Source: a virus. From it: a DNA stretch of 64,000 nt. The stretch lies in the IMG/VR virus record IMGVR_UViG_3300037493_003022, positions 1 through 64,000 of that record; one strand, written 5' to 3'. Below, in pieces: positions 18,401 to 27,112 of the stretch (within the stretch, counting starts at the first letter, position 1; every line of letters begins with the position of its first letter). The translations under genes and the position numbers were made by a program. Under the pieces are notes generated by a model, which made no database searches, had not been told where the DNA came from, and saw only the letters and a program-made list of their open reading frames with translations.

Positions 18401-21400
18401 CCGAAGCTCCCGCGTCGTGTCGAGATTTGTGGGCACTAACATCGACGCCGTCCACTTGGTTGACACCTGTGATGCTTTGACCTCCCATCTGGAGATCTCC
18501 AGACATCGCACGTGAACCGCTCACAAGAAGGTACTGCTCGTGGTCGTCGTCTGGAAGGCCGCTGAGGAGACCGTGGTCGCTAACCCCACCCGTTCCTGTG
18601 CCAGAACCGGAATCACCTTGAGGACGAATATCGATGATGCTAACGATACCAACTCCCTGCTCAATGACCAAAAGTGCCAGCGGAAAGCTAGTCGGCTCCA
18701 TGAAAGAGGGGATGTTGGCGGCAGGAGCTGCCTCGGCCTCAACCTGGGTAGCGTACTCAGAAGTGCCGTAAATAACACTGACCCGACCATCGCTAGTGAC
18801 GATCACCGTATCAGCTTTAAAGTACCCTGTTGTAAAGGCTGTCCGAGTCCCTGCGAGGTCGTATCTCGCGGAATCAACTTCGTTCGTTGAGGCGGACTCA
18901 TTCGCGCCACCGGCTCCCCAAAAATAATTGAAATAAGCATCTGTCGTAATAGACCCGCGAGTAATAATATCCAAGCCAATATAGTAAGAACCCGGATCAA
19001 TTGTGAAATGATCGACACCTGTTCCAGCAACAACTGCGAGTCCGGTCTTCAGGCGCTGCTTTCTAGTATCTAACAAGTAATCTCTGAGCTGCTCCATTGG
19101 GGCAGTCAGATAGTTTCTTGTTCTATGAATAAATCTTATCGCACCGCTGGCTGTAACGATTGTCGCCAGAAGGATTGAAGTGCCGTATCCCGGAGGGGAA
19201 ACTGAATCCGAAATCTGAGAACTCGCTGAATCGTACACTACATAGTTGGTAGCGTTATCTGTGAGAGTAAGAGAGTTAACTTGAGTCCAAGATACGAACT
19301 TAGAATCGAAATTCGTGCTTCCTCGGCGAATCCACCCGCTACCGGCGGTCACGAGTACGTTCAACCCGGATACAGCAGAAACTAAACCGCCGAAAGAAAC
19401 ACCTGTGGAGTTGTAATCAGCAAACTGCCTAGAAAGATCGACATCATACTCAGAAGTGAGATACTGATACTTAGCATTTCCAATAAGGCGAATAAGTTGC
19501 TCAGACCTAGATTGAATGATACCGCAAAGAACAGAACCTGAAACTCCTGTATAACCAGTAACATCGGCTGAAATATTAGGATAGATAGAACCTGTGGAAC
19601 TATCATTCAGAAGATTCTCTAAGTTATCTTTAATGTTAGAACCCTGAATAATGATTACCGAATTGGAACCGGCTGCACCGATATGAAGAGCGTTGCCTGA
19701 GTGAGCAATCTCCGCCCCTGAAACTGTCGCAGTAGCTCCACTCTCAACGAATAAAATATCCGCTACGTCTGGAGCAGTCACGAGTTTAGACGCAACCCTC
19801 AAGGTTCCCGCTGACAGATAAAGCTCTGCCCCATCAGAGGCTCTCATAACCCTATCGATAGGATTAACAGTGTATGCGGGCAAAACAGCCGAGGGCACTG
19901 AAGCCAAAAGACCTGAAATTCCTACGTAGGAACCCGATCCTGAACAAACGATGCCCTCTCCGATTCCCATATTCGCACCGGAGATAATCATAGAGGCATT
20001 TGTAATAATGCAGCTAGCTCCATCGGAAACGCTAACACCTGTGGAGCAATTAAAAATAGAGATACTGTGAAGAACACTTAGCGTGGGGGCGGTGTTGATT
20101 CTGAATAAGCAGTTGAGAGCGTTTGTGACACCCGAGGCATTCAATCCGCAAATAAACCCACCCTGAACATCGAATAAGTCTACGTTTGGATTAGACGCTA
20201 TAACGAAAACAGTGTCCACACGGACTTCAAAAGATCGAATGTTTATTCCGATGGGCACTACAATGGGAACTGTGTTGTTAACAATGTACGTACCCGGATA
20301 AACAATAAGCTCAAACTCTATGGGTAAGCCATAAGCATCAGGAGTGCCTGCGCCGCCAACTATAGCTGCGGCAACAGCGGTCTCAAGATCGGTGTAGTCT
20401 ACATCCGATCCAGCTTGTCCAATTGTAAGATGCTGCGCGACAGTTCTAGTATTGAAACCTTTCGTTCCACCTCTGGAGACGCCGTAGAACTTATTGTTTC
20501 CAGGTGAAGCCGCATCATTCAAAAGGGTAACAGAGTTTACGCTACGAGAAATAGACTGAGAGAAAGTAAGTGGAACTTCGTAGTCAGTTCCCGGAGAAGC
20601 CGTTGAGGGTGTAGATACGCCAGCGGAAACTGTATTTTTAACAAGACCTGTAGTCAGAGCGCCTAGGTTAACTTCGGCGCTAAGACCTGCGACAGCAGTT
20701 GACACCCAGTAAGGAGAGTTGCTAGGAGCGAGACTCGAAATCAAAACTCCTGAGTCTGCAAAATTGCTACCCGTGGTATCTGCAAAAGTTACGATAGCGT
20801 TCGTGGTGGATGAGTTAGGTCCGCCACCCTCGAAAGTAATCGACACAGCAGCACTATCAAACCAAGTCCCGTCCCCATCAGAAGCTTGCCAACTAGTAAG
20901 GCCGTTCGCTGTAAGCCGGATCTTTGAATTCGGCGTGATGGTGGTGAGGGTCGTTCTCCCGCTCCCGCCAACCCAGTCGATGGTGTCACCCGAATCAGGA
21001 GTGATGACCAGATCGTCCGTGGTCATCGAGGTGTACTTGTAGAGGATGTCTACCCAACCACCGACAGGGAAATCGGTGACTGGGGGAAGCTGGGCGATGT
21101 ACGAGTGCCCACCTGTTCCAGAGAAACAGTACATCCGATTCTTGCCGAGAATTTCGTAGGATGTGCCCGGAGAGGCTGCCGGAGCGATTGTCGTGATTGA
21201 GCGAGAACCTGTGTCGAAAAGCTGTGGGGCATCATTGGCCGGTTGGACAGCGACGACAGCTCCTTCGAGAATGGTCACTAGATCCACCACGTACGGGGCT
21301 CTCGTGATAACCTTCCCGACATAGGTGGCGAGACCACCCGGAGAAACCATAGAAGCGAAGGGATCTAATTTCTCCGATAAAGCTTCCTCTATGGTTGAAT

Positions 21401-22871
21401 AGTGATTGTTTCCGTATTGAGAAATAAGAAAGCTGTCGGAAGAATTTTGGTAAACTAAGAATATGTAGTGGCAAACAAACCAACCATTATCAGCGAGGGC
21501 CATAGAACCCTCAACTGGGTCATTATACGATGTTGGGTCTAAAACCGAAGAGGCGTAGTAAGAGTCACTGCCTCCACCCTCACCCGAAAATACAGCAGCA
21601 ACCCAAGTTAAGTCCGCTTGAGAAGCAAGAGTTTCTCTCTTCCAGTCGCCAACTGTAACAGCAGGATATAAGAGAGACACGCCAAGACCTGTTATGACTA
21701 TCTGATTTAGGTCTGCGCGGTCATACAGCTTCAATGATTCAGAACGATACGGACTATTGAGCCTCTTGGATAGCGCATCCTGATACGCATCTTCAAAGGA
21801 AATATAGTAAACTCTAGTTATGAGGGCATTGTCGGGATCTTCAAAAGAACAGACAGCTCCTAAGATGAGTTGCGATCTGCCCCACACATCATACGTACCC
21901 GGATTGGAACTTAGCGTTGTAGCTACAGACCCAGTCACTAGAGTTACTACAATCCACTGGATTGAGTCTGAAAGATCCGCATACGCAAAAACTTTCTGCG
22001 GAACAGAGTAGACCTCGGGGTTATCAGAAAGGCTGTCGCTGGAACGAAGAAGAACGGAACCGGCTGAAACGGTAAGCGTCTTCGCTACCGTGTCGTGCGT
22101 GACAGTCAGACCTGAAAGAACACGAGAGGATTCAAGAACGCTGTAAGCAGATCCAACTGAAGGGTAGGCAAGAATACCGGCTGCATTACCTTCGTAAAGA
22201 GACGACACCTCTAACGGATGGTCGCCCTCATAATCCAGATTGATAAGGGTATGGTGGTCTATCGATCCACCCGCAAACGCCTCGAGATTCACAATCCTAG
22301 TATTGTGGTCGAACCACTGCTCATATCTAACGGCGTCCCCATTTACGGTAGCCGCTGCTAGCGACACAAGCTTATAACCACCCATAGACTGGTTGGCTAC
22401 AAATGTACGAGTACCATCTGTGAGAACTGCGTTTGGAGATAAACCGCCACCGAGAGCATCCATAGCGTCGATGATCTCGTTTAGGGCGACAGTCCACCCA
22501 GAAACTCCAAACTCGAGAGTCTCAAAGAAGGCGAATTTTCTGAGGAAGGTATTCTCTGTCCTAAAGGCAACAGCGTTGGTTCCTAAAGATTGACCACCGT
22601 TGATAGTACAGCGAATCAAATACGTACCCGGAATGGATTGCGTAGCGTAGAAAGTAGGCTCTGATAGAGCTGGGTTATCAATAACCGCAGTTGAGCCTAA
22701 CGGTATAGATACCAACTCCCAAAAATAAGCGGTCACACCGACTGTATTGTTAAGCCTAAGTGTAACCATAACGTCGCCGGACGAGATCTTTGTGAAGTTA
22801 AAGATCTGCGCGATGCCTGGTTCTGAAGGAATCTCACCATTGACGGTTATGATTATGTGAGGACTTGCCAT
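15468..22871 (-). CDS. giant tail fibre (2467 aa) with N-terminal PKD-like domain, Gly-rich beta repeats and C-terminal peptidase S74 chaperone
   Basis: AYFWELVSIPLGS..PGTYLIRCTING; NTAVG/NIAIG repeats; SDIKLKDDI..LRPVSYRW..GFIAQEI..LSY..PMVKAIQE. Confidence 0.85.
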   Translation of the reverse strand: MASPHIIITVNGEIPSEPGIAQIFNFTKISSGDVMVTLRLNNTVGVTAYFWELVSIPLGSTAVIDNPALSEPTFYATQSIPGTYLIRCTINGGQSLGTNAVAFRTENTFLRKFAFFETLEFGVSGWTVALNEIIDAMDALGGGLSPNAVLTDGTRTFVANQSMGGYKLVSLAAATVNGDAVRYEQWFDHNTRIVNLEAFAGGSIDHHTLINLDYEGDHPLEVSSLYEGNAAGILAYPSVGSAYSVLESSRVLSGLTVTHDTVAKTLTVSAGSVLLRSSDSLSDNPEVYSVPQKVFAYADLSDSIQWIVVTLVTGSVATTLSSNPGTYDVWGRSQLILGAVCSFEDPDNALITRVYYISFEDAYQDALSKRLNSPYRSESLKLYDRADLNQIVITGLGVSLLYPAVTVGDWKRETLASQADLTWVAAVFSGEGGGSDSYYASSVLDPTSYNDPVEGSMALADNGWFVCHYIFLVYQNSSDSFLISQYGNNHYSTIEEALSEKLDPFASMVSPGGLATYVGKVITRAPYVVDLVTILEGAVVAVQPANDAPQLFDTGSRSITTIAPAASPGTSYEILGKNRMYCFSGTGGHSYIAQLPPVTDFPVGGWVDILYKYTSMTTDDLVITPDSGDTIDWVGGSGRTTLTTITPNSKIRLTANGLTSWQASDGDGTWFDSAAVSITFEGGGPNSSTTNAIVTFADTTGSNFADSGVLISSLAPSNSPYWVSTAVAGLSAEVNLGALTTGLVKNTVSAGVSTPSTASPGTDYEVPLTFSQSISRSVNSVTLLNDAASPGNNKFYGVSRGGTKGFNTRTVAQHLTIGQAGSDVDYTDLETAVAAAIVGGAGTPDAYGLPIEFELIVYPGTYIVNNTVPIVVPIGINIRSFEVRVDTVFVIASNPNVDLFDVQGGFICGLNASGVTNALNCLFRINTAPTLSVLHSISIFNCSTGVSVSDGASCIITNASMIISGANMGIGEGIVCSGSGSYVGISGLLASVPSAVLPAYTVNPIDRVMRASDGAELYLSAGTLRVASKLVTAPDVADILFVESGATATVSGAEIAHSGNALHIGAAGSNSVIIIQGSNIKDNLENLLNDSSTGSIYPNISADVTGYTGVSGSVLCGIIQSRSEQLIRLIGNAKYQYLTSEYDVDLSRQFADYNSTGVSFGGLVSAVSGLNVLVTAGSGWIRRGSTNFDSKFVSWTQVNSLTLTDNATNYVVYDSASSQISDSVSPPGYGTSILLATIVTASGAIRFIHRTRNYLTAPMEQLRDYLLDTRKQRLKTGLAVVAGTGVDHFTIDPGSYYIGLDIITRGSITTDAYFNYFWGAGGANESASTNEVDSARYDLAGTRTAFTTGYFKADTVIVTSDGRVSVIYGTSEYATQVEAEAAPAANIPSFMEPTSFPLALLVIEQGVGIVSIIDIRPQGDSGSGTGTGGVSDHGLLSGLPDDDHEQYLLVSGSRAMSGDLQMGGQSITGVNQVDGVDVSAHKSRHDAGASDGLTTGVPAGLLVGNTSSTGGASSWAVSNHVHGVPRGTPSSIGLTNVIGSSTDFVGADHVHAHGNLGPGTSLHSAVTTSLNGFMISTDKLKLDNATATPTADRLVMTGAGSTRLNAWVDANVVGSGASAVNRIAIFNNTTATAIVDSGKYLSDYSVTGHTHAYEPVVSVKGNLTALPSGVLTVTGTAACLFANAGITITQAATGASGYLTSGDWNTFTNKVSGTYPTVVVDSAVAVWDTTSGKNIRQCPVTIGTTGIMSITGVGASVVLSGSTSGTTTIKSSAAPTSWTFNLPDRAGTVGQVLTASGSNVYTWSTPVSPGTGDVIWDSSLGTPLDGYIALFSGATGKLIKNSGQGISSLLQVNGVQTNTGAKTFSAATLKVAGAGAGVGTLAYASSASSAIQTFQAVGNGTTTGIVYCSGGQDVSIADGGTGVSSIASGAVYSDGTSLYGEAQLSATRGGTGNGTYVIGDILYASSTSALTRLNASTAGRYLRTNGPGTAPSWVQVPLTDITATGTSSNTTNTSVLTISGAAITYRTFNFHEHDVATANVKVGASALDSVAAGAGTSSGVSNTAVGYGSLTAVVGGVAAYSGSYNSGYGMYSGSNITLGQSNTCIGAYSLYTGTTCLYNTMIGDSSGRNVTGDYNIGIGSHAFYSAVTNTTGDYNIAVGHQAGRGLTSASHSIAIGNAALGKSAATWTTGNYNIAIGKDVMSAATTAYNNTIMGVTAATSLTTGYSNVIMGYGAGQTTIATLIGFENVIIGKDAHGGSSNASRIVAIGCLAVAGSEIGGVAVGYNASSALSGVSLGANASSGSGICISQNSAATTASDSGINIGCSSATATASQIRIGTSGVHTNFYSPTGTVIWTSSDIKLKDDIEPSELGLDFITALRPVSYRWIREKGLSSRKSFGFIAQEIQALVDANKFKIVDDPTIDNPDTEDPHLSLSYQDFIAPMVKAIQEQQVMIDQLRSELNALKGA

Positions 22872-22878
22872 CTATCAC

Positions 22879-23232
22879 CTAGCCGTTGTTCAGGTCGTCG
22901 TAGATTCGGACAGCTAAATTCCCCTTGACGGGAAGCGTTAGCTTCTCTCCACCCGTATAAATCACGTCAAACTCAGCTCTGTATTCCCCTGCGGTATTCG
23001 TATCAGTAGCTCCCCACTGATAACGAAGAACGCCTGAGGTTAGAGGAGACTCTAAAACCCCGGTTGAACTAACTTTAACGACACCTGCGGTATCGTACAT
23101 GTAGAAATTTACGGAGGTAGCTCCCGTAAAATCAAAAGGGTCTTCGTTCTGATCTTTTACGATTAGTCTGAGATATGGACGCCGAGCGTGACGCTTGATT
23201 ACGAAGGTAGCTGCTACGGGGACAATCGCCAT
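22879..23232 (-). CDS. BppU-like baseplate upper / fibre adaptor domain protein
   Basis: FVIKR..PFDFTGATSV.F..GVLRYQWGATDTNTAGEYRAEFDV.Y..LTLP. Confidence 0.7.
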   Translation of the reverse strand: MAIVPVAATFVIKRHARRPYLRLIVKDQNEDPFDFTGATSVNFYMYDTAGVVKVSSTGVLESPLTSGVLRYQWGATDTNTAGEYRAEFDVIYTGGEKLTLPVKGNLAVRIYDDLNNG

Positions 23233-23379
23233 CTAATCCTCCTGCCAAACAGTGACTTCTATCTCCTCCAGAACTTCCACAGTCATTTCCTCGCTGTAAA
23301 AGACTGGCGGGGGTGGAGGGTCGAACCCCTGGAGGAGAAGAGTTTGAACCCGTTTTCCTTTTTGAATAACCGAAGTCAT
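23233..23379 (-). CDS. 48-aa protein MTSVIQKGKRVQTLLLQGFDPPPPPVFYSEEMTVEVLEEIEVTVWQED (absent from the ORF track)
   Basis: Fills the gap exactly: TAATG overlap with the upstream stop, and its TAG abuts the next ATG. Confidence 0.65.
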   Translation of the reverse strand: MTSVIQKGKRVQTLLLQGFDPPPPPVFYSEEMTVEVLEEIEVTVWQED

Positions 23380-23963
23380 TAGCTCACCGTGGAAATCCCG
23401 TGTGATGAGACGACTGTTCCAATTGAGTCAACTACGGTCACAACTAGATTGTACGGCCTATCGGCGGTAAGTCCTAAATCGTGCGTCAAACTGAAGTGGT
23501 TGTCTGTCTTCGGAGACGAAGAAGTCTCTGTAAACAGGAGAGTTCCAGCCATGTCATAGGCTCGAACAATGCAAGAGACGAGGTCGGCTTGAACCATCGG
23601 TTGCCCTCCCCGGTCAAGCCAAACCTCCATGTACATGCGAGGAACTGAGTCATCGAAAGCTACGTTGATCTGAGCATCAGCAAAAGAATTGTACGAGACA
23701 CAGACTTCCGAACCCCACCATGACTTATCGTAATCGACGAAGATTTCAACTTTCCAGATACCAATAGAATCTGGCGTGAAGGATATTCGATAATCCCCAG
23801 AGACTCCGATTTCAGCTATAGTGACTGGAAGAGCGGAAATGATTCCGTTCTTGTAAATAATAGTTGTGAAGTCAACTACACCGGAATGTTTTGTGTAGGA
23901 ATCCTCTTCAAAGATGGGAAACACATCTACGAAAGTTGTTCCTAGGTTTAATTGATACGCCAT
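23379..23963 (-). CDS. hypothetical virion protein (two Ig-like beta domains)
   Basis: GDYRISFTPDSIGIWKVEI pattern; TAATG coupling at both ends. Confidence 0.6.
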   Translation of the reverse strand: MAYQLNLGTTFVDVFPIFEEDSYTKHSGVVDFTTIIYKNGIISALPVTIAEIGVSGDYRISFTPDSIGIWKVEIFVDYDKSWWGSEVCVSYNSFADAQINVAFDDSVPRMYMEVWLDRGGQPMVQADLVSCIVRAYDMAGTLLFTETSSSPKTDNHFSLTHDLGLTADRPYNLVVTVVDSIGTVVSSHGISTVS

Positions 23964-24571
23964 TATCTTCCTCTCCGTGTATCCCTCAGATCAGAGGAGC
24001 TATTTATATCTTTTACTGCTTGATAAATAACAGCTTTGAACTCATCGATTCTAATCTTTTGGTACTCTTCATCTTTCTTAGATTGCTTCTCTAGTAGGAT
24101 TTTCAAATCCCTCTGGGAAGCATCGACATCGCCAACTTTATCTTCGATAGAAAGAAGAGCTTTTTGCGTATCAGTAACTTGGTCGGTGAGAGTAAAATAT
24201 TGATAAAGCCACCCGCTACCAACTAAAATAATAAATCCTATTGTGCTAACTAAAATGCCTCTGAGCCACCTCCCCCAACCCTCAAGATCCAAACTCAACT
24301 TGCCGATGGTCTCTTTTTGATTGCAGTCATGCGGCATGGACGCCCTCTCCTTTGCGGTGATTGCGATCTTCTTGGTGTCCTCTTCCCTATCCCGCAAAGC
24401 CTCCAGCTTGGCTTCAACCCAAGCCTTGTCAGCTTTCTGTTCGAGATCTTTTTTCAACCATCCAAAGGTTGATGATCCCATAGGGGGTGTTGTGTATTTT
24501 GGCTCATCTGAGCGTAGTGGCACGTCGTCCTCCTCGAAGAGATTTGAAATTTTTGGTGATGAAGTGAGCAT
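23963..24571 (-). CDS. membrane protein with one TM helix and coiled coils
   Basis: GILVSTIGFIILVGSGWLY TM segment flanked by heptad-rich regions. Confidence 0.6.
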   Translation of the reverse strand: MLTSSPKISNLFEEDDVPLRSDEPKYTTPPMGSSTFGWLKKDLEQKADKAWVEAKLEALRDREEDTKKIAITAKERASMPHDCNQKETIGKLSLDLEGWGRWLRGILVSTIGFIILVGSGWLYQYFTLTDQVTDTQKALLSIEDKVGDVDASQRDLKILLEKQSKKDEEYQKIRIDEFKAVIYQAVKDINSSSDLRDTRRGR

Positions 24572-24687
24572 ATTCTCCCTCTTACCCTTTGAAGGTACGA
24601 TACCACTTTATCCCCCCGAGAACGACTAACACGCCTGCCACATAGGACCTATGAACAACATGCACTCCTACGAGACGACCTTACTCC

Positions 24688-24900
24688 TTATGGGACAACA
24701 ATGACCCGGTAGTTGACCGACTTGACAAACAGCGCGATGTTTTTGGTACACGCCTGGCACTTGGTCGACTTGATCTTATCCCGCCCGATGTCACCCAGCG
24801 AATACTTCGCCACCATCGTTGCTGTGTTTGCGACCGACTGGGTCACGCCACAGGATGGACACACGATCACAAAGGGCACGCCGATACCCGCTTCACTCAT
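24688..24900 (-). CDS. small zinc-ribbon protein
   Basis: CPSC..CQAC; ATGA coupling to the upstream gene. Confidence 0.6.
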   Translation of the reverse strand: MSEAGIGVPFVIVCPSCGVTQSVANTATMVAKYSLGDIGRDKIKSTKCQACTKNIALFVKSVNYRVIVVP

Positions 24901-25118
24901 GAGAACACCACGTCCTTCTTCACCCCCGCCACGTTGATGGACAGGTTGGTCATCAGCTTGGCGACCCCGCCGACGTTCACGTAAACCGCCACGGCGCGCT
25001 TCGAGACGCCCGCCACATTGACGAAGATATTGGGCGTCGTTGCCCCGCCGCCAGCGGAGAGCTTGATGTCACCGAGCGCGGCGCCCGGATCACGGAGGAT
25101 GATGTCACCGGCTGCCAT
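24897..25118 (-). CDS. small fibre-associated protein
   Basis: Three repeats (F/Y)VNVAGV.K; coupled to its neighbours. Confidence 0.6.
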   Translation of the reverse strand: MAAGDIILRDPGAALGDIKLSAGGGATTPNIFVNVAGVSKRAVAVYVNVGGVAKLMTNLSINVAGVKKDVVFS

Positions 25119-25121
25119 GGC

Positions 25122-27104
25122 TCAGATCGGCGTCCAGGGCTCGCTGGCCCCGGATAGCCCCGAAGATGATTCATACACGCGGGAGATGAGCTGGCGGGTG
25201 TTGTCATAACACTTGTACGTGTAGACTCCGCCGACAGCCGATGTCACCTCGTAGAGCAGCTCCCCGCTCGTGTAGTCGTGGATCTTCACGGGCAATGCCC
25301 CCGTCCCGGTGAACTCTGTGATGGCCTTGGTGCCCGTGTAGGTGATCGAGTGGTAGGTCACGCAGAACTGGATGCCGCAGCTCCCGCGCGTGGAGTACAG
25401 CCGCCACTTGCGCGCCGACTCGATGTTCATCTGATTCGCCTTCGGGTCCCCCGGCCAGCGCTTGAAGACATCCCAGCAGTCCGCGGCGCACTGGTAGTAC
25501 CCGACCTCCGCGAACACCGCTGGGCGGAAGGCATCGAGGATCTGCCAGCCATCGGCAACTCCTAAGTTACCCTCTCCCGCGAGGATCTCCACGTAGAGAC
25601 ACGCCCACGCCACGCCCGTCGTGCCGTGCCAGTATTTGATGACCCAGCCAGACGCCCATTGGATCGCGTAGTCGGGATCTGCGATATAGGCCGGCGCCGT
25701 CGCCGCAACCTCAAGGTACTGCACTGGCAGAGAGAAATCGGTGTCGACGATGGTATTCCAGATCGTATGGTTCGCAGTGTCGATCCCCGTCGCGGGGACA
25801 GCATCCGTGGAGTAGTTCAGGTACAGGACGCCGCCCACGCCCGCGATGGTGGCTCGCGCCGACGAGAAGACCTTCACGTCGACATACGACTTCCCGCGCT
25901 GGAGCGTCGCCCCGACCCCGCCTATGGCCCCAGCGTCAAATCGCTGTAGTGCGCTCTCCTCCCCGCAGATCGACCCGGCCGCCAGGCCACTCGTATAGGC
26001 CCGCGCGGTCTGCGCTCCAACCTGGATAGTCGGGACGCCGGCCGTCGCCATGGCGCCGGATACGCACCAGTGCAGCGCCACCCCGGACTGGCGCAGCGTA
26101 ATTGCACCCGGCTCCTCGATGTCGAAGGGGATGCGGATCACCTGCTGGTCGGCGGCTGTCGTCGCCCCGATGTCTTGCATGCGGAAGGGGAGCTGGATAC
26201 TGACCGACGTGCCGACCGCGCTCGCCCGCGTGAACTCGTAGGTGATGACGAGCTTGACGCAGAAGTGCGCGAACCCGTTTACCGCGGTCGCCACCTGGAA
26301 GTTGTGCACCAAGGTCGTATTGGGATTCGCGCCCTTCAGCGACCAGATGAAGCGGAAGGCTTTGTCAGAACCCAGCGCTCGCTCGATCAACCCCGACGTG
26401 AACGTCGCTCCCGCCGTGTCGATGCGCGTCAACATCTGGAAGTCGACCGTTCCCCCGACATCGTTTTCGTTCCCCTCGATGAGGAAGAAATAGTCGCGGA
26501 TCGTCGGGTTCGTCACCTCGCGGATAATACCACTGGCCCCGGTGAGAATGGGGATCTGGTCTGTCCCCATGTTCGTGCCGAGCGTCGACGGGATGTCCGC
26601 ATTAGACTGCACGGACCCGAGGGGGATGATCATCGTCTTGAGGCAGTTCGTGGCGGCGTCGTCGAATTCGTAGGTCAGCTTCAGCAAGGCGCAGGAGTTA
26701 ATCGTCGTAAGTCCCGTGCCGCCTGAGAGCGTCCAAAAGTTGCGGATATAGACGGTCTTCGTGGCCAGGGCGCCGAAGTTGGCGATGAAGAACGCGGTGA
26801 AGTCGAACCCGTAGAGAATCCCCAGGGCCTCGCCCGAGGTGGTGTAATCGTCCAGCTCATAACCAACGGGCGAGGCGCTCCACGTCACGTTATCGAAGGA
26901 CACCTGGACGCGCAACTCGCCGAGCGTGTTTCCGGTCGCAGTGCATACGTCCTGACAGTAGACCTCGATGATGGCGCTCTTGATGACCCGCGAGTTGGTC
27001 TCCGCGTATACCGTCTGCACCGCGAAATTTCGATTCGTGGAGTTCGCCACCGACGCGGTGTCGGTCGGGAAGCCCCACAGGGTCGTCTTGCTCCTCATTA
27101 CCAT
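25122..27104 (-). CDS. 660-aa virion/receptor-binding candidate
   Basis: Long beta-rich ORF directly after the 2271-aa fibre; GC-rich codon use. Confidence 0.65.
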   Translation of the reverse strand: MVMRSKTTLWGFPTDTASVANSTNRNFAVQTVYAETNSRVIKSAIIEVYCQDVCTATGNTLGELRVQVSFDNVTWSASPVGYELDDYTTSGEALGILYGFDFTAFFIANFGALATKTVYIRNFWTLSGGTGLTTINSCALLKLTYEFDDAATNCLKTMIIPLGSVQSNADIPSTLGTNMGTDQIPILTGASGIIREVTNPTIRDYFFLIEGNENDVGGTVDFQMLTRIDTAGATFTSGLIERALGSDKAFRFIWSLKGANPNTTLVHNFQVATAVNGFAHFCVKLVITYEFTRASAVGTSVSIQLPFRMQDIGATTAADQQVIRIPFDIEEPGAITLRQSGVALHWCVSGAMATAGVPTIQVGAQTARAYTSGLAAGSICGEESALQRFDAGAIGGVGATLQRGKSYVDVKVFSSARATIAGVGGVLYLNYSTDAVPATGIDTANHTIWNTIVDTDFSLPVQYLEVAATAPAYIADPDYAIQWASGWVIKYWHGTTGVAWACLYVEILAGEGNLGVADGWQILDAFRPAVFAEVGYYQCAADCWDVFKRWPGDPKANQMNIESARKWRLYSTRGSCGIQFCVTYHSITYTGTKAITEFTGTGALPVKIHDYTSGELLYEVTSAVGGVYTYKCYDNTRQLISRVYESSSGLSGASEPWTPI

Positions 27105-27112
27105 ACGTCACC

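Noticed and set aside
23303-23330. tRNA-like 3' end (minus strand GGGTTCGACCCTCCACCCCCGCCA)
   Set aside because: No acceptor 5' arm, D-arm or anticodon stem; the sequence is the GFDPPPPP codons of the 48-aa ORF
24627-24662. 11-aa ORF MLFIGPMWQAC with an SD
   Set aside because: Too short, uncoupled and without supporting features
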